A DNA stretch of 64,000 nucleotides from Mobula birostris (Eukaryota), in NCBI RefSeq assembly GCF_030028105.1, contig NC_092397.1, positions 32,207,097-32,271,096 on the forward strand. The letters run 5' to 3'. The notes under the pieces were generated by a model. It made no database searches and had not been told where the DNA came from. It saw only the letters and a list, made by a program, of their open reading frames with translations. Below, one piece after another: positions 39,258 to 53,661 of the stretch. The position numbers were made by a program, and so were the translations under genes. Positions within the stretch are counted from its first letter, which is position 1, and each line of letters starts with the position of its first letter.

Positions 39258-40544
39258 CTGTAAAATGTTTGCAAAGATGATCAACAGGTGAAAGAGAATA
39301 CATCTCAGCTGAGATTATTTTGGTTTTCATGTTGATGTCTGATGTCACACTGTTACAGTGAGGCTGAACACTGTGCGGAGGAACAACACTTCTAACTGGG
39401 CATAGTTCAGGCATAAGGACACAACATCAAATTCTCTGTTTTCATCTCTGCCCATCAAGCTGTGACTTGGCTCAGTGTGTCTCTCTCCATTACTATAGCT
39501 TCACATTCTGGGTATCTCCCACAGACCTACTAAGCACACAATACAAACAGAGCTGCTTTGTGAGAGTTTCTGCTGATTGTGACCCTGCTGGCATTCGACG
39601 GTAGTAAACTCAGAGTCAGCAATGCCATTAACCCTCAAGAGAATGTGATCAGGTTTTCTTGGTGCAGATTGATACTGCGGTATTCTTGCAGTGTGAAGAC
39701 TTTTACAAATAAAATGGCATGAGGCATTTTCTATTTCAGGAAAACCATAACAACTCATTTATTGTTCTCCAAATACAGAAACATAAAGCACAGTTTAAAA
39801 AAAAAAACTTCACATACTTACATCATAACAGCAGTCCAGCTGCTAAAAGAGAAACACAACAGAATGTCAGTGGTCATTAATTACGCACATTTCCAGCCAT
39901 GACATTACCCTACAGCGACCCCACCCGCCACTGAATCCTCTTACTGCTCCCCCTCTGTGATCTTTAGAGCAGTTTACTTCCTTTTAGTGACACTTGCAAG
40001 ATAATACAGAGGAACACATCAAGTTCTCTCGTGTATTAGTGCTCCTAAGGGTGCTGTCATTTACTGTGGAGTTTCTTCTGACATTTTACCTGTAAAATTC
40101 CTCACACTTGTCCAGATTAAAATCCATTTCCCTATTTCTCCATCCATGATTCCAATTGATCTATATCCACTTCTGTCCATTTGACAACCTTCCTCGCCAC
40201 CCACAACTGCACCAATATTCATGTCATCAGCGATCTGATCCGCCCACGTATGTTTTAATCTGATCAAACAAAGGTCCCATCACTGATCACTGTGGACACA
40301 CTGGTTACATATCTACAGTCAAAATCATTCTCAATTCTATCAGTTCAAATGTTGCGACACGATACACACCATTCAAACCCTCCCACACCGAGACTCGAGG
40401 AAAGTTACACATTTATCACAAGACCAGAGTTGGGTTGAATGGTCTGGGCTTGTTACTCTGGATGCTCTGCTCCAAAGTCCATTCAGATTAGTACAACATA
40501 ACCAGATACATCATCACTGAGACACTGATGTACAGCATTGTGTC

Positions 40545-40975
40545 ACAAACAGGAGAAAATCTACAGTTGCTGCAAATCCAAGCCACACACACAAAACACT
40601 GAACAAACTCAGCGGGTCAGGCAGCATCTATAGAAAAAAAAACACAGCCACTGTTTTGGGACAAAACCCTTCGGCAGGACTTAGGAGAAAATCTGAGGAG
40701 TAGATTTGAAAGGTGGGGAAGGGGAGAGAGAAAATAAGGTGAGTGTGAAACCTGTAGGGGGCTGGGAAGTTGATTAGTGAAAGAGACAGGAGGCCATGGA
40801 AGAAAGAAAAGGGGAGAGGAGCACCAGAGGGAGATGGTGGGTGGGCAAGATGATGGGAAATGGTGAAGGGGGGGTGTGGGAGGCATTACCAGAAATGCAA
40901 GAGTTCGATGTTCATGCCGTCAGGTTGGAAGCCACCCATAAGGTGTTGTTCCTCCAACAAATGTGTGGCCACATC
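40545..40975 (-). mobile_element. Penelope-like element 3' end
   Basis: Minus strand LEEQHL..FQPDGMNIE, pyrimidine tract and decayed hammerhead at ~40645-40680. Confidence 0.7.
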
Positions 40976-41095
40976 GCATTGTGTGATATTGTTTAAAAAG
41001 CTAAAAATAATTCAATTGTGAGGATGAATCTGAAAGAAGTTTCTACATTTACACTGCATGAGAGACTGGGAGACACAGTGCCAAGTATCAACTCC

Positions 41096-41271
41096 CACAC
41101 TGTACCAGAGACTGACAGGTACAGAATGAACCTCACACTCTCACACTGTACCAGAGACTGACAGGTACAGAATGAACTCCACACTCTCACACTGTACCAG
41201 AGACTGACGGGTACAGAATGAACCCCACACTCTCACACTGTACCAGAGGTTGACGGGTACAGAATGAACCC
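41096..41271. repeat. 46-bp minisatellite, about 4 copies
   Basis: Unit cacactgtaccagagactgacaggtacagaatgaacctcacactct; TGTACC at 41101, 41147, 41193 and 41239. Confidence 0.9.
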
Positions 41272-41397
41272 TGTACGTAATGTACAGACATTACGTACTT
41301 TAACAAACCCCAACAACGCTCCTCCCCACCTCAAGACAGCACCACTTTGATCAATTTACACTGCAATGGACTGTCTTGAGACTCGTTCAAATTCTCT

Positions 41398-41504
41398 GCA
41401 ACACACATCAAAGTTGCTGGTGAACGCAGCAGGCCAGGCAGCATCTCTGGGAAAGAGGTACAGTCGACATTTTGGGCCGAGACCCTTTGTCAGGACTAAC
41501 TGCT
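41398..41504 (-). mobile_element. Short Penelope-like terminal repeat insertion with 8-bp TSD, including the whole (CpG-decayed) hammerhead
   Basis: AATTCTCT at 41390-41397 and 41505-41512; minus strand AGTC-CTGACAA-A-GGGTCTCGGCCC-AAAATGTC-GACT. Confidence 0.75.
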
Positions 41505-41874
41505 AATTCTCTTCTCTTTTTACAATTCTGTACAGCAGTTTAGTTCTTGTGAGCACTGTATCGTGGATACTACGTGTTTATGATGCTGCTGCTGTAAATT
41601 TATCTTTCACCTGGTCCATTTGACCTTCGGTCTCCTGCTGTCCTGTTTCATTACATAAACGTTTCATATTATCAACTGTGTGTTTTCCTCATTCCATCTG
41701 CTTTTCTAGCAGATACGACGGGCCGAATGACCGAATACTGCCGCTGTAGTTGGTCCATTTTGTATTTTAGATTTCCTTCCTGCGGAATTAACCGGCAGCG
41801 GCAACTCACCAGATCGGCGACAGGTCCCTGTCCACGGTGTTACCCAAAACGAACACTGGGTAGTGCAGAACGAG

Positions 41875-42063
41875 TTCTGATTGGTTGAACGAATTCCTTT
41901 AGCTATCCAATCAAATTATCTTACTGCATGAACGTTACTTCAAATAGCCATTGAGAAACCTAGGCATCCCATCCCTCATTAGCATACACCTCTGGGCGCT
42001 GCCTATTTAATTCGTGCTCCGGGTCCGTTTTGCTTATTTGTGGTTCTGAAGAGGTCAGCTGAA
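41875..42063 (+). promoter_or_regulatory. H2B promoter
   Basis: ATTGG at ~41880, CCAAT at ~41907, octamer variant ATTAGCAT at ~41978, TATTTAA at ~42004. Confidence 0.7.
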
Positions 42064-42438
42064 ATGCCTGAGACAGCGAAACCCGCTCCGAAGAAGGGCG
42101 CCAAGAAAACTCTGCCCAAACCAGCGGGTAAGGCAGGGAAGAAGCGCAAGAGGCTGAGGAAGGAGAGTTACTCCATCTACATCTACAAAGTGATGAAGCA
42201 GGTTCACCCCGATACTGGCATCTCCTCCAAGGCCATGAGCATCATGAACTCATTCGTCAACGACATCTTCGAGCGCATCGGGGGCGAGGCTTCCCGCCTG
42301 GCCCATTACAACAAGCGGTCAACCATCACCTCACGGGAGATCCAGACCGCCGTGCGCCTGCTGCTGCCCGGGGAGCTGGCCAAGCACGCCGTTTCCGAAG
42401 GGACAAAGGCGGTGACCAAGTACACCAGCTCCAAGTAA
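42064..42438 (+). CDS. H2B: Histone H2B (intact, 124 aa)
   Basis: [12 protein letters not shown]...VTKYTSSK from the ATG at 42064; stem-loop GGCTCTTTTAAGAGCC at 42470-42485. Confidence 0.97.
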   Translation: MPETAKPAPKKGAKKTLPKPAGKAGKKRKRLRKESYSIYIYKVMKQVHPDTGISSKAMSIMNSFVNDIFERIGGEASRLAHYNKRSTITSREIQTAVRLLLPGELAKHAVSEGTKAVTKYTSSK

Positions 42439-43167
42439 AGTTCCCCAGTGAGATGATCGAAAACACAGCGGCTCTTTTAAGAGCCACTCACGATTTCACT
42501 GAGAGAGTTGTACTAGCATTTAGGCAATACATGGCGCACGTTTTAGGTGTGGTGGCTTTTACAGGAGCTAAAGAGCGGTTGGAATATCCGCTTCATCTTC
42601 CCCCTATAATCCTGGTGTTTAACATTCCTCCCACTCCCGTTGCTGTTTTAGCTGTGGGTTCAGGAGTTTATTATTTGGAGTTAGGTAACTTCTCTGAATC
42701 TCATTTTAATTCGAGGCCGGAACGACTTCACGGTTCTTTCATAGAACAGTTTTTTTAAAAAAATTGCAGGCTAGCCGCTGGTCACAGTTTGAGAAGAGCC
42801 GTTTGTCCATAACCTGCTAACGTTTACACAATGACCAGCACCGGGCAGAAGCTGAGTGTCAGTTTTACTCGGTTCCTTTACGAGTTGAAAGAAATTTGAG
42901 TTCCCAGACACTCCATTATCAACTACACTTACATTAAATGTGCCCGGTTTCAATAACAGGGGGAAATACGAAGACCCAGTCCTCAAACAGATCAGCAATG
43001 ATTTAATTTCAGATTAAATTTGAACAATGGGTTTTTTTTGGCGGGCTTTTTCCAATTTTCAGAGTACTTTGGGGAGGAGATGGTTACACTCCGCGCTTCT
43101 GCCTTTACGGGCTCTTGATTGGTGATTAAGGCAGTTCGTCGATTGGGCCATTTCTTTTCACCAATGA

Positions 43168-43674
<507 letters not shown>

Positions 43675-44264
43675 GGCGATGTAAACTGAACCTATTTACC
43701 CAAAGGCTCTTTTCAGAGCCACTCAGTGTCTGTGGAAGGGCTGAACAGCGGGTGATTACCGTTCGGAGTAACTCGGCTGTGTATCTGACACGGCCCCGAT
43801 CGGAGGCATCCCTGGTAACGTTTTCTCTCCTTCCGTCGTGTTTCTTCCGCGAATTAAATCGGTATAAGTCTGCAGAGTACGCGGCCCGCTACACCCTGCC
43901 TCATTTCCCCTCTTGCTGGCTGAATGGAGCTCTCTCCCCTTGCGGGGCGGGGAAATTAACTTTCAGAGTCAGCCCCCGGAGGGTGAATTTAATCTCCGAT
44001 CATTGAACGATTCCGGTCTTCATGACCTGAAACCGCGTTGTCTGGGTTTCACATTGCGGGTTGACCCTGGACCGTCCCACTGATCGCTTCATGAGCAATT
44101 CCCACCGCCTCACAGAACAATATTGATTTGCAGCTTTACATTTATCTGCAAAAGTACATTTACCGTATGGAACTGACAGTATTTACTGAAAATCTCGTCC
44201 GCCTGGGTCTCTGAAATATAAATGAACATTTGCAAAGACGGGGTCAGTTTGGTCAGATCTCCCG

Positions 44265-44325
44265 AGACGCGGCTCCCTCTGTGAGGCGGTGGGTCGCTCT
44301 GATACAGACTTTTGTTTGTGCCAGG
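44265..44325 (-). pseudogene. Orphan H4-type 3' end (decayed stem-loop and downstream element), no CDS
   Basis: Minus strand gcacaaacaaaagtctgtatcagagcgacccaccgcctcacagagggagccg aligns to 29309-29360. Confidence 0.7.
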
Positions 44326-44719
44326 AAGAAAAGGGAGGGGGTGGGTGGATCGACAAGGAGGTTCAGTTCTGTCCTGTCTCTAATAGGAACTTCTAAATAC
44401 TGATTGATAAAACTGGACACACAGAATAAATTCTGCGCCACCAACCCTTTTGCAGTGCGGCGGTCCCAGTATACATGATGCGGCAATCCCCAGGGATGTC
44501 TTCTTTAAGTACCACTGAGATGTTCTCCCTGGTCAAACACATCTCTGCATTCTCTTCTCTCCCGTCCACTCCATCGTACCTGTAGCATTTGTACTGTGAA
44601 ACTGAGCTGCCGGTCCTGCCCCTCCGACAATCATTTTTCTGTTGGGGATATAATATCCCAGTCTCCTGCACGGATCCATGCCCAGGGGCCATCTGCTGTT
44701 CAGAGAACAAAGGACAGTA

Positions 44720-47700
44720 CAGGAGTGGCCCTTTGGCCCTTCTCTACATATACTTGTGACTGTCTAAGATTTCCTTAAATACTCCTGTGCTCTCTGTCTC
44801 TGCCACCACCCCTGGCAGTGCATTCCATGTCTCCATCAATCTGTTGTCTTCACTTTCTTCCTCTGAGCTTAAATACGTGCCTTCTGTGAAAAATATTACT
44901 GGCTGTCTACACCAACTATGACTACAAAATTCCACAGGTTTCTATCAAATCTCTCCTGAGCCAACGCCACTCCAGAAGCAAAAAGTTTCAGCATGTCGAG
45001 CCTCTCCTCAGCGCACACCTCCTCCAGACATCCTGCTCCAAACCCTCCACATGCTTCCTATAATGAGGTGATCAGAACTGAACACGATACTCTCAATGTG
45101 GCCTAACCAGCATTTTATAAACCTGTAACATCATGTCCTGGTGCTTGAACTCAATGCCTTGCCTGATGAAGGTAAACATGCCATACACCGACTTCACCTC
45201 CCTGTCAACCTGTGCTCCCAGTTTTAGGGAACCGATGTCTCTGAACCTCGACATCCTTCTCTTTGTCAATACTGTTAATGTTCCTGCCATTAACTGTGTA
45301 CACACCCTTGATGTTGGATCTCCCAAAGTGCAGCCCTAGGTATCCTTTTCACCACAGCGAATGTATGGAATGCAATGGGATTATCTTCAATCCTACTTGC
45401 CAGAGATTTTTCATCACTGTTTCCAGCTCTCCGAATGTTCTTGAGTTCCCCTATTTTTTAAATATAGTCCTCAAACACCCTGTTTGATTCTAGCTTCCTA
45501 AGCCTTACTTATGCTTCTTCCTCCTCCTCGATTAAATTAACTTCCTGTCTCATCATCCAAGGTTCCTGAACCTTGCCATTCTTGACCCTCCCTCTTACTG
45601 GAACAAACTGGCCCTGAAACACTGCACTGGTCTTTAAACAAACTCCAGGTCAGATGTGGATTTGACTCAAAATCCATCATTACATATTGCTGTGCCTGGC
45701 ATCTAACTTAGCTTCAATCTCTCCATTCAGTGACTAGTGTTCTGTTTCACATCCCCCTGTCAATCTCGTTTCAACCCTCATAGGGTGCAGCAATGAACTT
45801 CATGATCCTGACTGCCCTCCACTGAAACTGCAAACCATCCCTCTTGTAAATGTCACCCCAGCACCAGAAGAGGTTCCAATGTTCCGTAATCCTGAAACCC
45901 TGTCCCTGTATCAGCTCCTTAGCCACACATTCATTAGCTCTCACTTTCTGTTTGTATCCCTACCACCACAGGGCACTAGGAGTAAACTGGAGATTACAAC
46001 ATTTCAGGTTCTGCTCCATAACTTCTTCCCTAACTCTCTGTGGGACATCATCCCTTTTCTACCTGTCCATTGGTACCGATGTGAATCACCATCTCTGGCT
46101 GAATGAACACCATCCCCCTGTTCTGTATCTGCTCCGAGATGTCCCTGACTCTCAGAGTATTTACAACTTTTAAAACCAACAAAAAGCAACAAAAAAAGTC
46201 ATGAAGAGAGGGAAAAGTTGGAATACAAAGGTAAGCTAGCCACTGGTATTAAAGAGTATACCAAAAGTTTCTTCAGATATACAAAGTGTAAAAGAGAGGC
46301 AAAAGTAGATATTGGTTCATTGGAAGATGTTACTGGAGAGGTAGTAATGGGGTACAGGAAAATGGCAGACAAACTGAATAAGTATTGTGCATCAGTCTTC
46401 ACTGGGGACGATATTAGCAGTCTGCTGGAAATTCAAGAGAATCGGGGCAGAAATGAGTGATTTTGCCTTTACTAGGGAGATGGTCCTTGGGAAACTGAAA
46501 GGTCTGAAGGTAGAAAATTCCCTTGGACCAGATTATCTACACCAGTTCTATGAAAGATGTGGCTGAAGAGATTGTGGCAGTTTTAGTAATAATCTTTCCA
46601 TAATCTCTGGATTCTGGTGTGGTTCCAGAGAACAGGAAAATTGCAAAGGTCATCCACTCTTAAAGAGAGAGAAGCAGAAGAAAGCAAATCATAGGCCAGC
46701 TAGTCCGATCTCAGTGGTTGGGAAGATGATGGAGTCAATTGTCAAGGATGTATTTTCGGGTACTTGGCAACACATGAAAAAATAGGCCAAAGTCAGCATG
46801 GTTTCCTTTAATCAGTCCTCACCGAAGACTTGTGTATCTGCAACACTTCTTCTCAACTCTTGTACTCAGTGACATGAATGATGAAGGCCAGCAGATCAAA
46901 CCCCATCTTCACCACCGTATCTAGCTGAGACGTCACTTTCAGTGAATTACACATTCACATGGACATTATTTATATAAATTACAAACAACAAAGGTCCTGT
47001 CACCCAGTGGCACACCACTAGACAGACAGCTCCAGTCTGAGACACAACCCTCAACCATCAGCCTCTGTCTCCTGTCACGGAGGCAATTATGGAATCGATC
47101 AACCATCTCCCCAGATTCCAGTTTCTAGATCTAACCTTCCAGACTATAGTCAAAGGCCTGGCTAATGTCCATATAAACAACATCCACAGCCCTAACCTCA
47201 TCTACGTCCTTGAGAAACCCCTCAAAGGGCTGCAAGAAATTACCAGACATAATTTTCCTTGCACAAAACTGTGCTGACTGTCTTGAATCAAACCAAATTT
47301 TGCTGGATCCTGTTCTTCAGAAACTCCTCCAACAAATTACAGACTGATGGGCCTGTAGTTTCCACTACCCTTTTTGAACAATGGCAGCGCATAAACCATC
47401 AGTCCTGAAGTCACAGGAGCAGGATTAGGCCTTTTGGCCCATTCAGTCTGTTCTGCCATTCCATCATATATCCATCTCAACCCCATTCTCCTACCCATAA
47501 ACTTTGATACCCTTAATAATAATTAAAAATCTACTAACCTCTGCTTTAAATAAACCCACTGACTGCCTTTATGGCTGCCTGTGGAAATGAAATCCATTGA
47601 TTCATCACCTTCTGACTAAAGAAATTACTCATCTCTATTCTAGAGGGGCATCTTTTATTGCGGGTGTGGTTTGGTTCTAGATTCCTCCATTATTGGAAAC

Positions 47701-49290
47701 ATCCTCTCACATCAATGCTATCTAGGCCGTTCAATATTCAATGTGTTTCTATAAGATTCTCCCTCATTCTTCTAGACTCCAGTGACTGCAGGCCCAGATT
47801 ATCAAATGATTATTACATCCTAACTCTTTCAGTCCTGGGATCATTCTCGTGAATTTCCACTACAGCCTCTGCAATGCCAGCACATCCTTTCTTAGAAAAG
47901 TTACCCAAGCCTGCTCATGATACTCCAAATAAGGTCTGACCAAAGCCTCAGCATTAGATCCTTGTTTTATTTTCTCGTTCTCTTGAAATGCATGCAAGTA
48001 TTACATTTGCCTTCCTCACTACCAACTCAATGTGTGCATTAACCTTTCGGGAATCGTGCACTAAGACCCTTCACACAACTGATTTCTGTTCTCTCCCTGA
48101 TTAGAAAGAGCCTAGGCTGTTATTCCTCCTACCAGAGTACATGACCACACACTTCATTACACTGTATTTCATCTGGCACTTCCTTGTCCATTCTCCAAAT
48201 CTGTCCAAGTGCTACTGCAGACTCCCTGCTTCCTCAACACAGCCTGCCTCTTCATATCATCCACAGTCTGGGCCTCAAAACTATCAATTCCACATTAGTC
48301 ACCCTGTCCAATCATGTGCAACCTCAACTGGTGCCTGAGATGAAGCAAAATAATCTCCCCCCTGGCCTCCACAGTGTATTCTCCAGCTTCCCACAAAGTA
48401 CGAGAATGAACCTGATAAAGCCCTGGAGATTTAACAACCTTAAAGAATTTTTGCAATGGTGAAATAACTGTCAGAAATATTCATGGAAAGCCTCTCCTAT
48501 TTCATTTGCCTCCACACACAGATGGCCATGTTCACCTCCAAGGGTGATTCTGTGTCTAACTTAACTTTTCCTATGAATATACCAAGAGAATCTCTTGGAT
48601 TTTGCTCACTTTGCCTTCTGAATCATGATATCCTCCTTTTACCCTCCAAACTTTTATTAGAGATCCTATCTCTAATAATATTCTCGAATAATTTCCCAAA
48701 CATTGATCCAAGACTCACCAGTCTATAATTTGTCTCTATTGCCTGAGGAACAACATGCCCTGGAATATCAGCATTCCCTTCTCTGATCTCACTATCCTCC
48801 ATGACCACACTGATGAATACTGATGAGAAGTACTGGTTTCGTCCCTTGCACACTTCAGACATAAACTCTCTCCTCTGTGCTTGTGTTGTCGTACCCTCTC
48901 CGCAGTGCCCCTTCTCACCAGTTATTTCTTCTTCCCGTTTCACACTTCTGATTCTCTCTCTAACTTCTCTCTTACTTGTTTCATGTTGCCAGGGGCTTTC
49001 TCCAATTTCTACTTCTGAAATATTCCTTATCCTTCATTTTCTTTCAGTCTGAATTCATAACATCTCTCACTATGCCCCTCTGCCAGACTTCACCATCCTT
49101 GTGTTTCCTCCTCATAGAAACAGTTCTGTCTGAATTCTGACCCGATTGCTTTTAAACATCATTTACATGTTCAATGTAGACAGTTGCAATTAACTGTACC
49201 CCAAATGACCATATTACCACCGGGTCCAGTCTTGTCCTTATTTACTGTTCCCAAAATGAAACTTCTATCAATGGCCAGGCTCTTTTCCCA
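44720..49290. mobile_element. Dense patchwork of old CR1 fragments on both strands
   Basis: QVYKMLVRPH (45093-), KSFFRYTKCKR..LNKYCASVFT (46218+), further 3' ends at 47400-48290(-). Confidence 0.6.
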
Positions 49291-49307
49291 ATACAATGTT
49301 TTCTATG

Positions 49308-49943
49308 ACATTTATAGCGAGAGGATTCGAGTACAGGAGCAGGGAGGTACTACTGCAGTTGTACAAGGCCATGGTGAGACCACACCTGGAGTATTGTGTG
49401 CAGTTTTGGTCCCCTAATCTGAGGAAAGACATCCTTGCTATAGAGGGAGTACAAAGAAGGTTCACCAGATTGATTCCTGGGATGGCAGGACTTTCATATG
49501 AAGAAAGACTGGATGAACTGGGCTTGTACTCGTTGGAATTTAGAAGATTGAGGGGGGATCTGATTGAAACGTATAAGATCCTAAAGGGATTGGACAGGCT
49601 AGATGCAGGAAGATTGTTCCCGATGTTGGGGAAGTCCAGAACGAGGGGCCACAGTTTGAGGATAGAGGGGAAGCCTTTTAGGACTGAGATTAGGAAAAAC
49701 TTCTTCACACAGAGAGTGGTGAATCTGTGGAATTCTCTGCCACAGGAACAGTTGAGGCCAGTTCATTGGCTATATTTAAGAGGGAGTTAGATATGGCCCT
49801 TGTGGCTATGGGGGTCAGGGGGTATGGAGGGAAGGCTGGGGCGGGGTTCTGAGTTGGATGATCAGCCATGATCATAATAAATGGCGGTGCAGGCTCGAAG
49901 GGCCGAATGGCCTACTCCTGCACCTATTTTCTATGTTTCTATG
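49308..49943 (+). mobile_element. Young 5'-truncated CR1 3' end
   Basis: Long open frame LLQLYKAMVRPHLEYCVQFWSP..RLRGDLIETYKI..FFTQRVVNLWNSLP, then the 3' hairpin and (TTTCTATG)n tail. Confidence 0.9.
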
Positions 49944-50799
49944 GCTCCCTTCCCGGGTTAGACTATCCACTTCTATGTTAAGTAACATCCCAGTATTCTT
50001 CTAACATATTCGGTGATATCTAAGCCCCTGACTCTAAGGGAGTCCCAGTCAACATTGGGGAAATTAGTCACCCACTGCAACTACCCTGTTGCTTTTACAT
50101 CTTTCATTACCTGCTACATTTCTGTTCCTTTATCTCCTGCCGGCATTTGGGAGGCCTGTGGTATAACCCCATCAGTGAATGCACCTCTCTTATCCTGAGC
50201 TCTATCCACATTGTCCCACTGGATGAACCCTCCAGTGTGTCCTCTTCGTCCCTCACCCACAATTCCATATAAAGTCTGATCTGCCATCAGCCTTCCTTGT
50301 ATGTCAATCCCACTTCCCTGATTTTACAAAACATTTATCTTCCTTCTCTTTGAATCTTTTCAGTTATCCGGCCTCCCCATTCATCTCAGTTGGGGAATTC
50401 CAGTGTTTGTTATACAATGTTTTTTTAATCATTTGTGGCCTTGTAGAACAGTGCAGGCATGTACTCTGGTTTCCTGTAGTCCACAGTTTTGAGTGCCACA
50501 GTCCCACACAGTCATCAGATTATGTGAAAGGAGAGGGAGTTTGATGAAGTGAACCTGGGCAGTTGGCACATTTTGCATGTCACAGTTCCCGAGGAAATGT
50601 TTGATTGCCCATAATTTGGAACGTGGCAAGATCCAATAAAAAGAAGTTAGACTTAACCAGAGCGGTCATTGTATGAGTGGGCCAGAATTGGAGTGGGGAG
50701 TTCAGGTTTCGTCTCTTCTGAGAGATGTAGGCCATAGGTAGATATATTTTGATTTAATCTTTATTTCTTTTGTATTACACATTTAGAGCAGAGGGGATG

Positions 50800-52930
50800 C
50801 CAGACAAGATACTTGTCTTGGTGGAAGGAGACAGAGGGTGGTCATGGCAGCTTGTTATTCAGGTTGGAGGCCTCTGACCAGTGACAGTCACAGGGATCGG
50901 TGCTCATACTGTCATTTGTCATCTACATTAACAATTTTCTGACATTGTAGTGACAGTGAGTTTGCAGATGACAGCAATGTTGGTGGTAGTGTGGACTGTG
51001 AAGATTGTGTGAGAGTACAATAGGATGGAGATTAACTGGGGAAGTCGGCCAAAAAATGGCAGAAGGATATTGATGTGGACAAGTTTGAGGTGTTGCATTA
51101 TGAGAAGTTCAACCAGGGAAGGATCTGCACAGTAAATTCTTGTCCCTTGGAGAGTATTACAGAAGAGGGCCATGAAATACAGAAACATCATTCACTGAAA
51201 GAGACAACACAGGTAGTCAGGATGGTGAAGGTGGTGTTTGGCCTATTTGTCTTCATTGATCAGGGAACTGAGTAGAGAATTTGGGATGCCGTATGACAGC
51301 TGTAAAAGTCAAAGTGAGACCAGACTGTATTTTGCACAGTTCTGGTCATCCAGTTGCAGGAAAGATGTCATGAAGCTGGCAAGTGTGGAGGGAAGTTTGA
51401 TGAGAATGTTACTGACACTGGAGGACTTTAATTATCAGCAGAAGCTGGACAGACTGGGACTCTCTTTCTCTCTCCTGAGAGAGTAAGGAGCTGTCTGGTG
51501 ACCGTCCAGAGGTTTACAAAATCAGTAGGTGAGCACTCTTTTTGTAGGGTAGGGAAGCCTAAATTTACAGGGTAATTGTTTAAGATGAAGGGGAAACATT
51601 TAAAAGCTACCTTATGGGTGGGGGATGTTGCATCTTTGAATAAGGAGACCAACAAGTGTAATAAGAGGGGTTTTGATGAGGTCTTGTAAGTATAGGTTTT
51701 AAATAAAATGATGAATGATGATTTTGATGGGATTATACCGCCGGCCTCCCAATCCGCTCAGATATTGTGCAGCAGACATATTAGTAAATCACACAGAGGG
51801 GTAATGGGAACAAGTTTACAGCAGTTGGGCATTTCAACTTTCCCAGATTACCTTGTATGAAAAGTTTCAGTCTCCAGGAGAAATTTGGCAGACACAGGAT
51901 CAGTTCATCCCTCAGCAGAAACAGTATTTAAAAGGGAGGATGAGGCAACCATCACTAACAACAGAAGACAAAGGCAGCATAAAAGAACATGAGAGGGCAA
52001 AGAATATCACCAAAATTAATGGGAAGCTAAAGGAATGGGAAACTTAAAAAAAAACAGAACTATAATAACAATATGCAGAAGTCAGATGAATTATGAAAGT
52101 AACTGGCCAATAATAGAAACAAGATACAAAAAGATTTATTTTCAGATATATGAAGAGTAAAAGAGGCAAGAATGGACAAGGTTTTAGGTTTCCTATTCTC
52201 ATCTTCGGACTCACACCCCTCCCTGATCCTCTTTTTACACGATTTAGTTTATTCTGTATTTCTTATTTTAACTTTTTTTTTAAGAAATTGCTCTGTACTG
52301 CTGTAGCAAAACAACAAAGTTAATGACATATGTCCGTGATAATGAACATGATTTTGAAATTGATACTAATCACCTTCACTGATCAATGCCAGTGCACAAA
52401 AGTTTTATTAATGAGTTGGAGTAACTTCCCTCAACTTTACTTAGAAGGATGTCGCAGATTACAGGGTGCTCATGATCACTTAGGGAACAGGGTCAAGTGT
52501 GGCAAATGCATTTCAATACAGATAAGTGTGAGGCGGTGCATATTGGAAAGTCAAACCAGTGTAGAACTTACACTATGAATGATCGGTCATTGGGGACTGG
52601 AATGGGCCGGAGAGATTTAGGGGTAAAGTGAACACAGTTCATTGAAAGTTGTGTCACTTGCAGACAGGGTGGTGAAGAACGGGGTTTAACATGCTGGTCT
52701 TCATTAGTCAGGGGATAGAGTATATCAGTTGTGACATTATGTCACAGTTGTGTAAATGACTGGAGGCCACACTTGCCGATTTGTATACAGCTCTTGTCAC
52801 CATTATAGGAAACGTGGTTAAACTGGGGAAAGTGTAGAAAAGATTTCCAAGGTATATTTCCCGGACCCGAGGTTCTCAGTTACATAGTCAGTTTGGTCAG
52901 ACAATGTCCTTTGTCCTTTATTCCTTGGAA
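50800..52930 (+). mobile_element. Old CR1 RT fragments
   Basis: FADDSNVGG, FAQFWSS, QISVRRCILE-type remnants with many stops. Confidence 0.55.
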
Positions 52931-53069
52931 TCAGAATCAGATTTATCACCGTGTTATATGACGAGGAACCTGTTGTTTTATTCTGACAGCAGTACAGGCC
53001 TCTGAAGGTGCAGATGTGAACATTGTGTCAGCATAACGACAAGAGATTCTGGGAATGGCGAACAACGCG

Positions 53070-53192
53070 GCCAAAATGCTGGAGGAACCCAGCAAGTCAG
53101 GCAGCATATCCCACCAGAGTCCTGATGAAGGTTCTCGGCCAGAAATGTCCACTGTTTATTCTCACCATTGATGCTGCCTAACTTGCTGATTC
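53070..53192. mobile_element. Inverted-end Penelope-derived short element with hammerhead core boxes on + (53118-53153)
   Basis: cagcaagtcaggcagcat / atgctgcctaacttgctg inverted ends; AGTC-CTGATGA-AGGTTCTCGGCCA-GAAATGTC-CACT. Confidence 0.65.
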
Positions 53193-53589
53193 AAAGAGAG
53201 TGTTTTAAAGCGGCGGGCGATTAGACGAGTATCACTGTGTTTGTGGGTCCGAACACATCGCCGGATTTCCCAGCGCCTCCTGTACAAAAAGAAAAGATTT
53301 CTCTGTTATGGGATCGCCCCACTCCCCAGCTCAGTCCCGAAGCGGGAATTAACCGCAAAGTTTTAGTTAGTTTCAAAATTTCAGCCGAAAAGCAGAGAAC
53401 AGGTCAACAAAATGGAGAGGGATCGCGGGCAGTGCAGTAATCAAACGGGTTAAAATAGAAAGTGCTACCTTTAATCCCGATTAAACTCTCTTTCCGGCGA
53501 ATTTTGCGGCCTCAGTGACGGACAAGGACCAGTCTGAGTCTCTGGAGTGTCCGATTTTAATTGGAATCGGAGAGTTTTTGAGGAGAGAG

Positions 53590-53661
53590 AAACACAGAAA
53601 AATGAAGTCTCCGGGAGCTGACAGCAGGATGTCTCCGCCCCGTCCGCTCGCTGTCTTTAAA
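53590..53661 (+). promoter_or_regulatory. H1 promoter: AC box, GC box, TATA-like box
   Basis: AAACACA at 53590-53596, CCGCCCC at ~53635, TTTAAA at ~53656. Confidence 0.7.
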
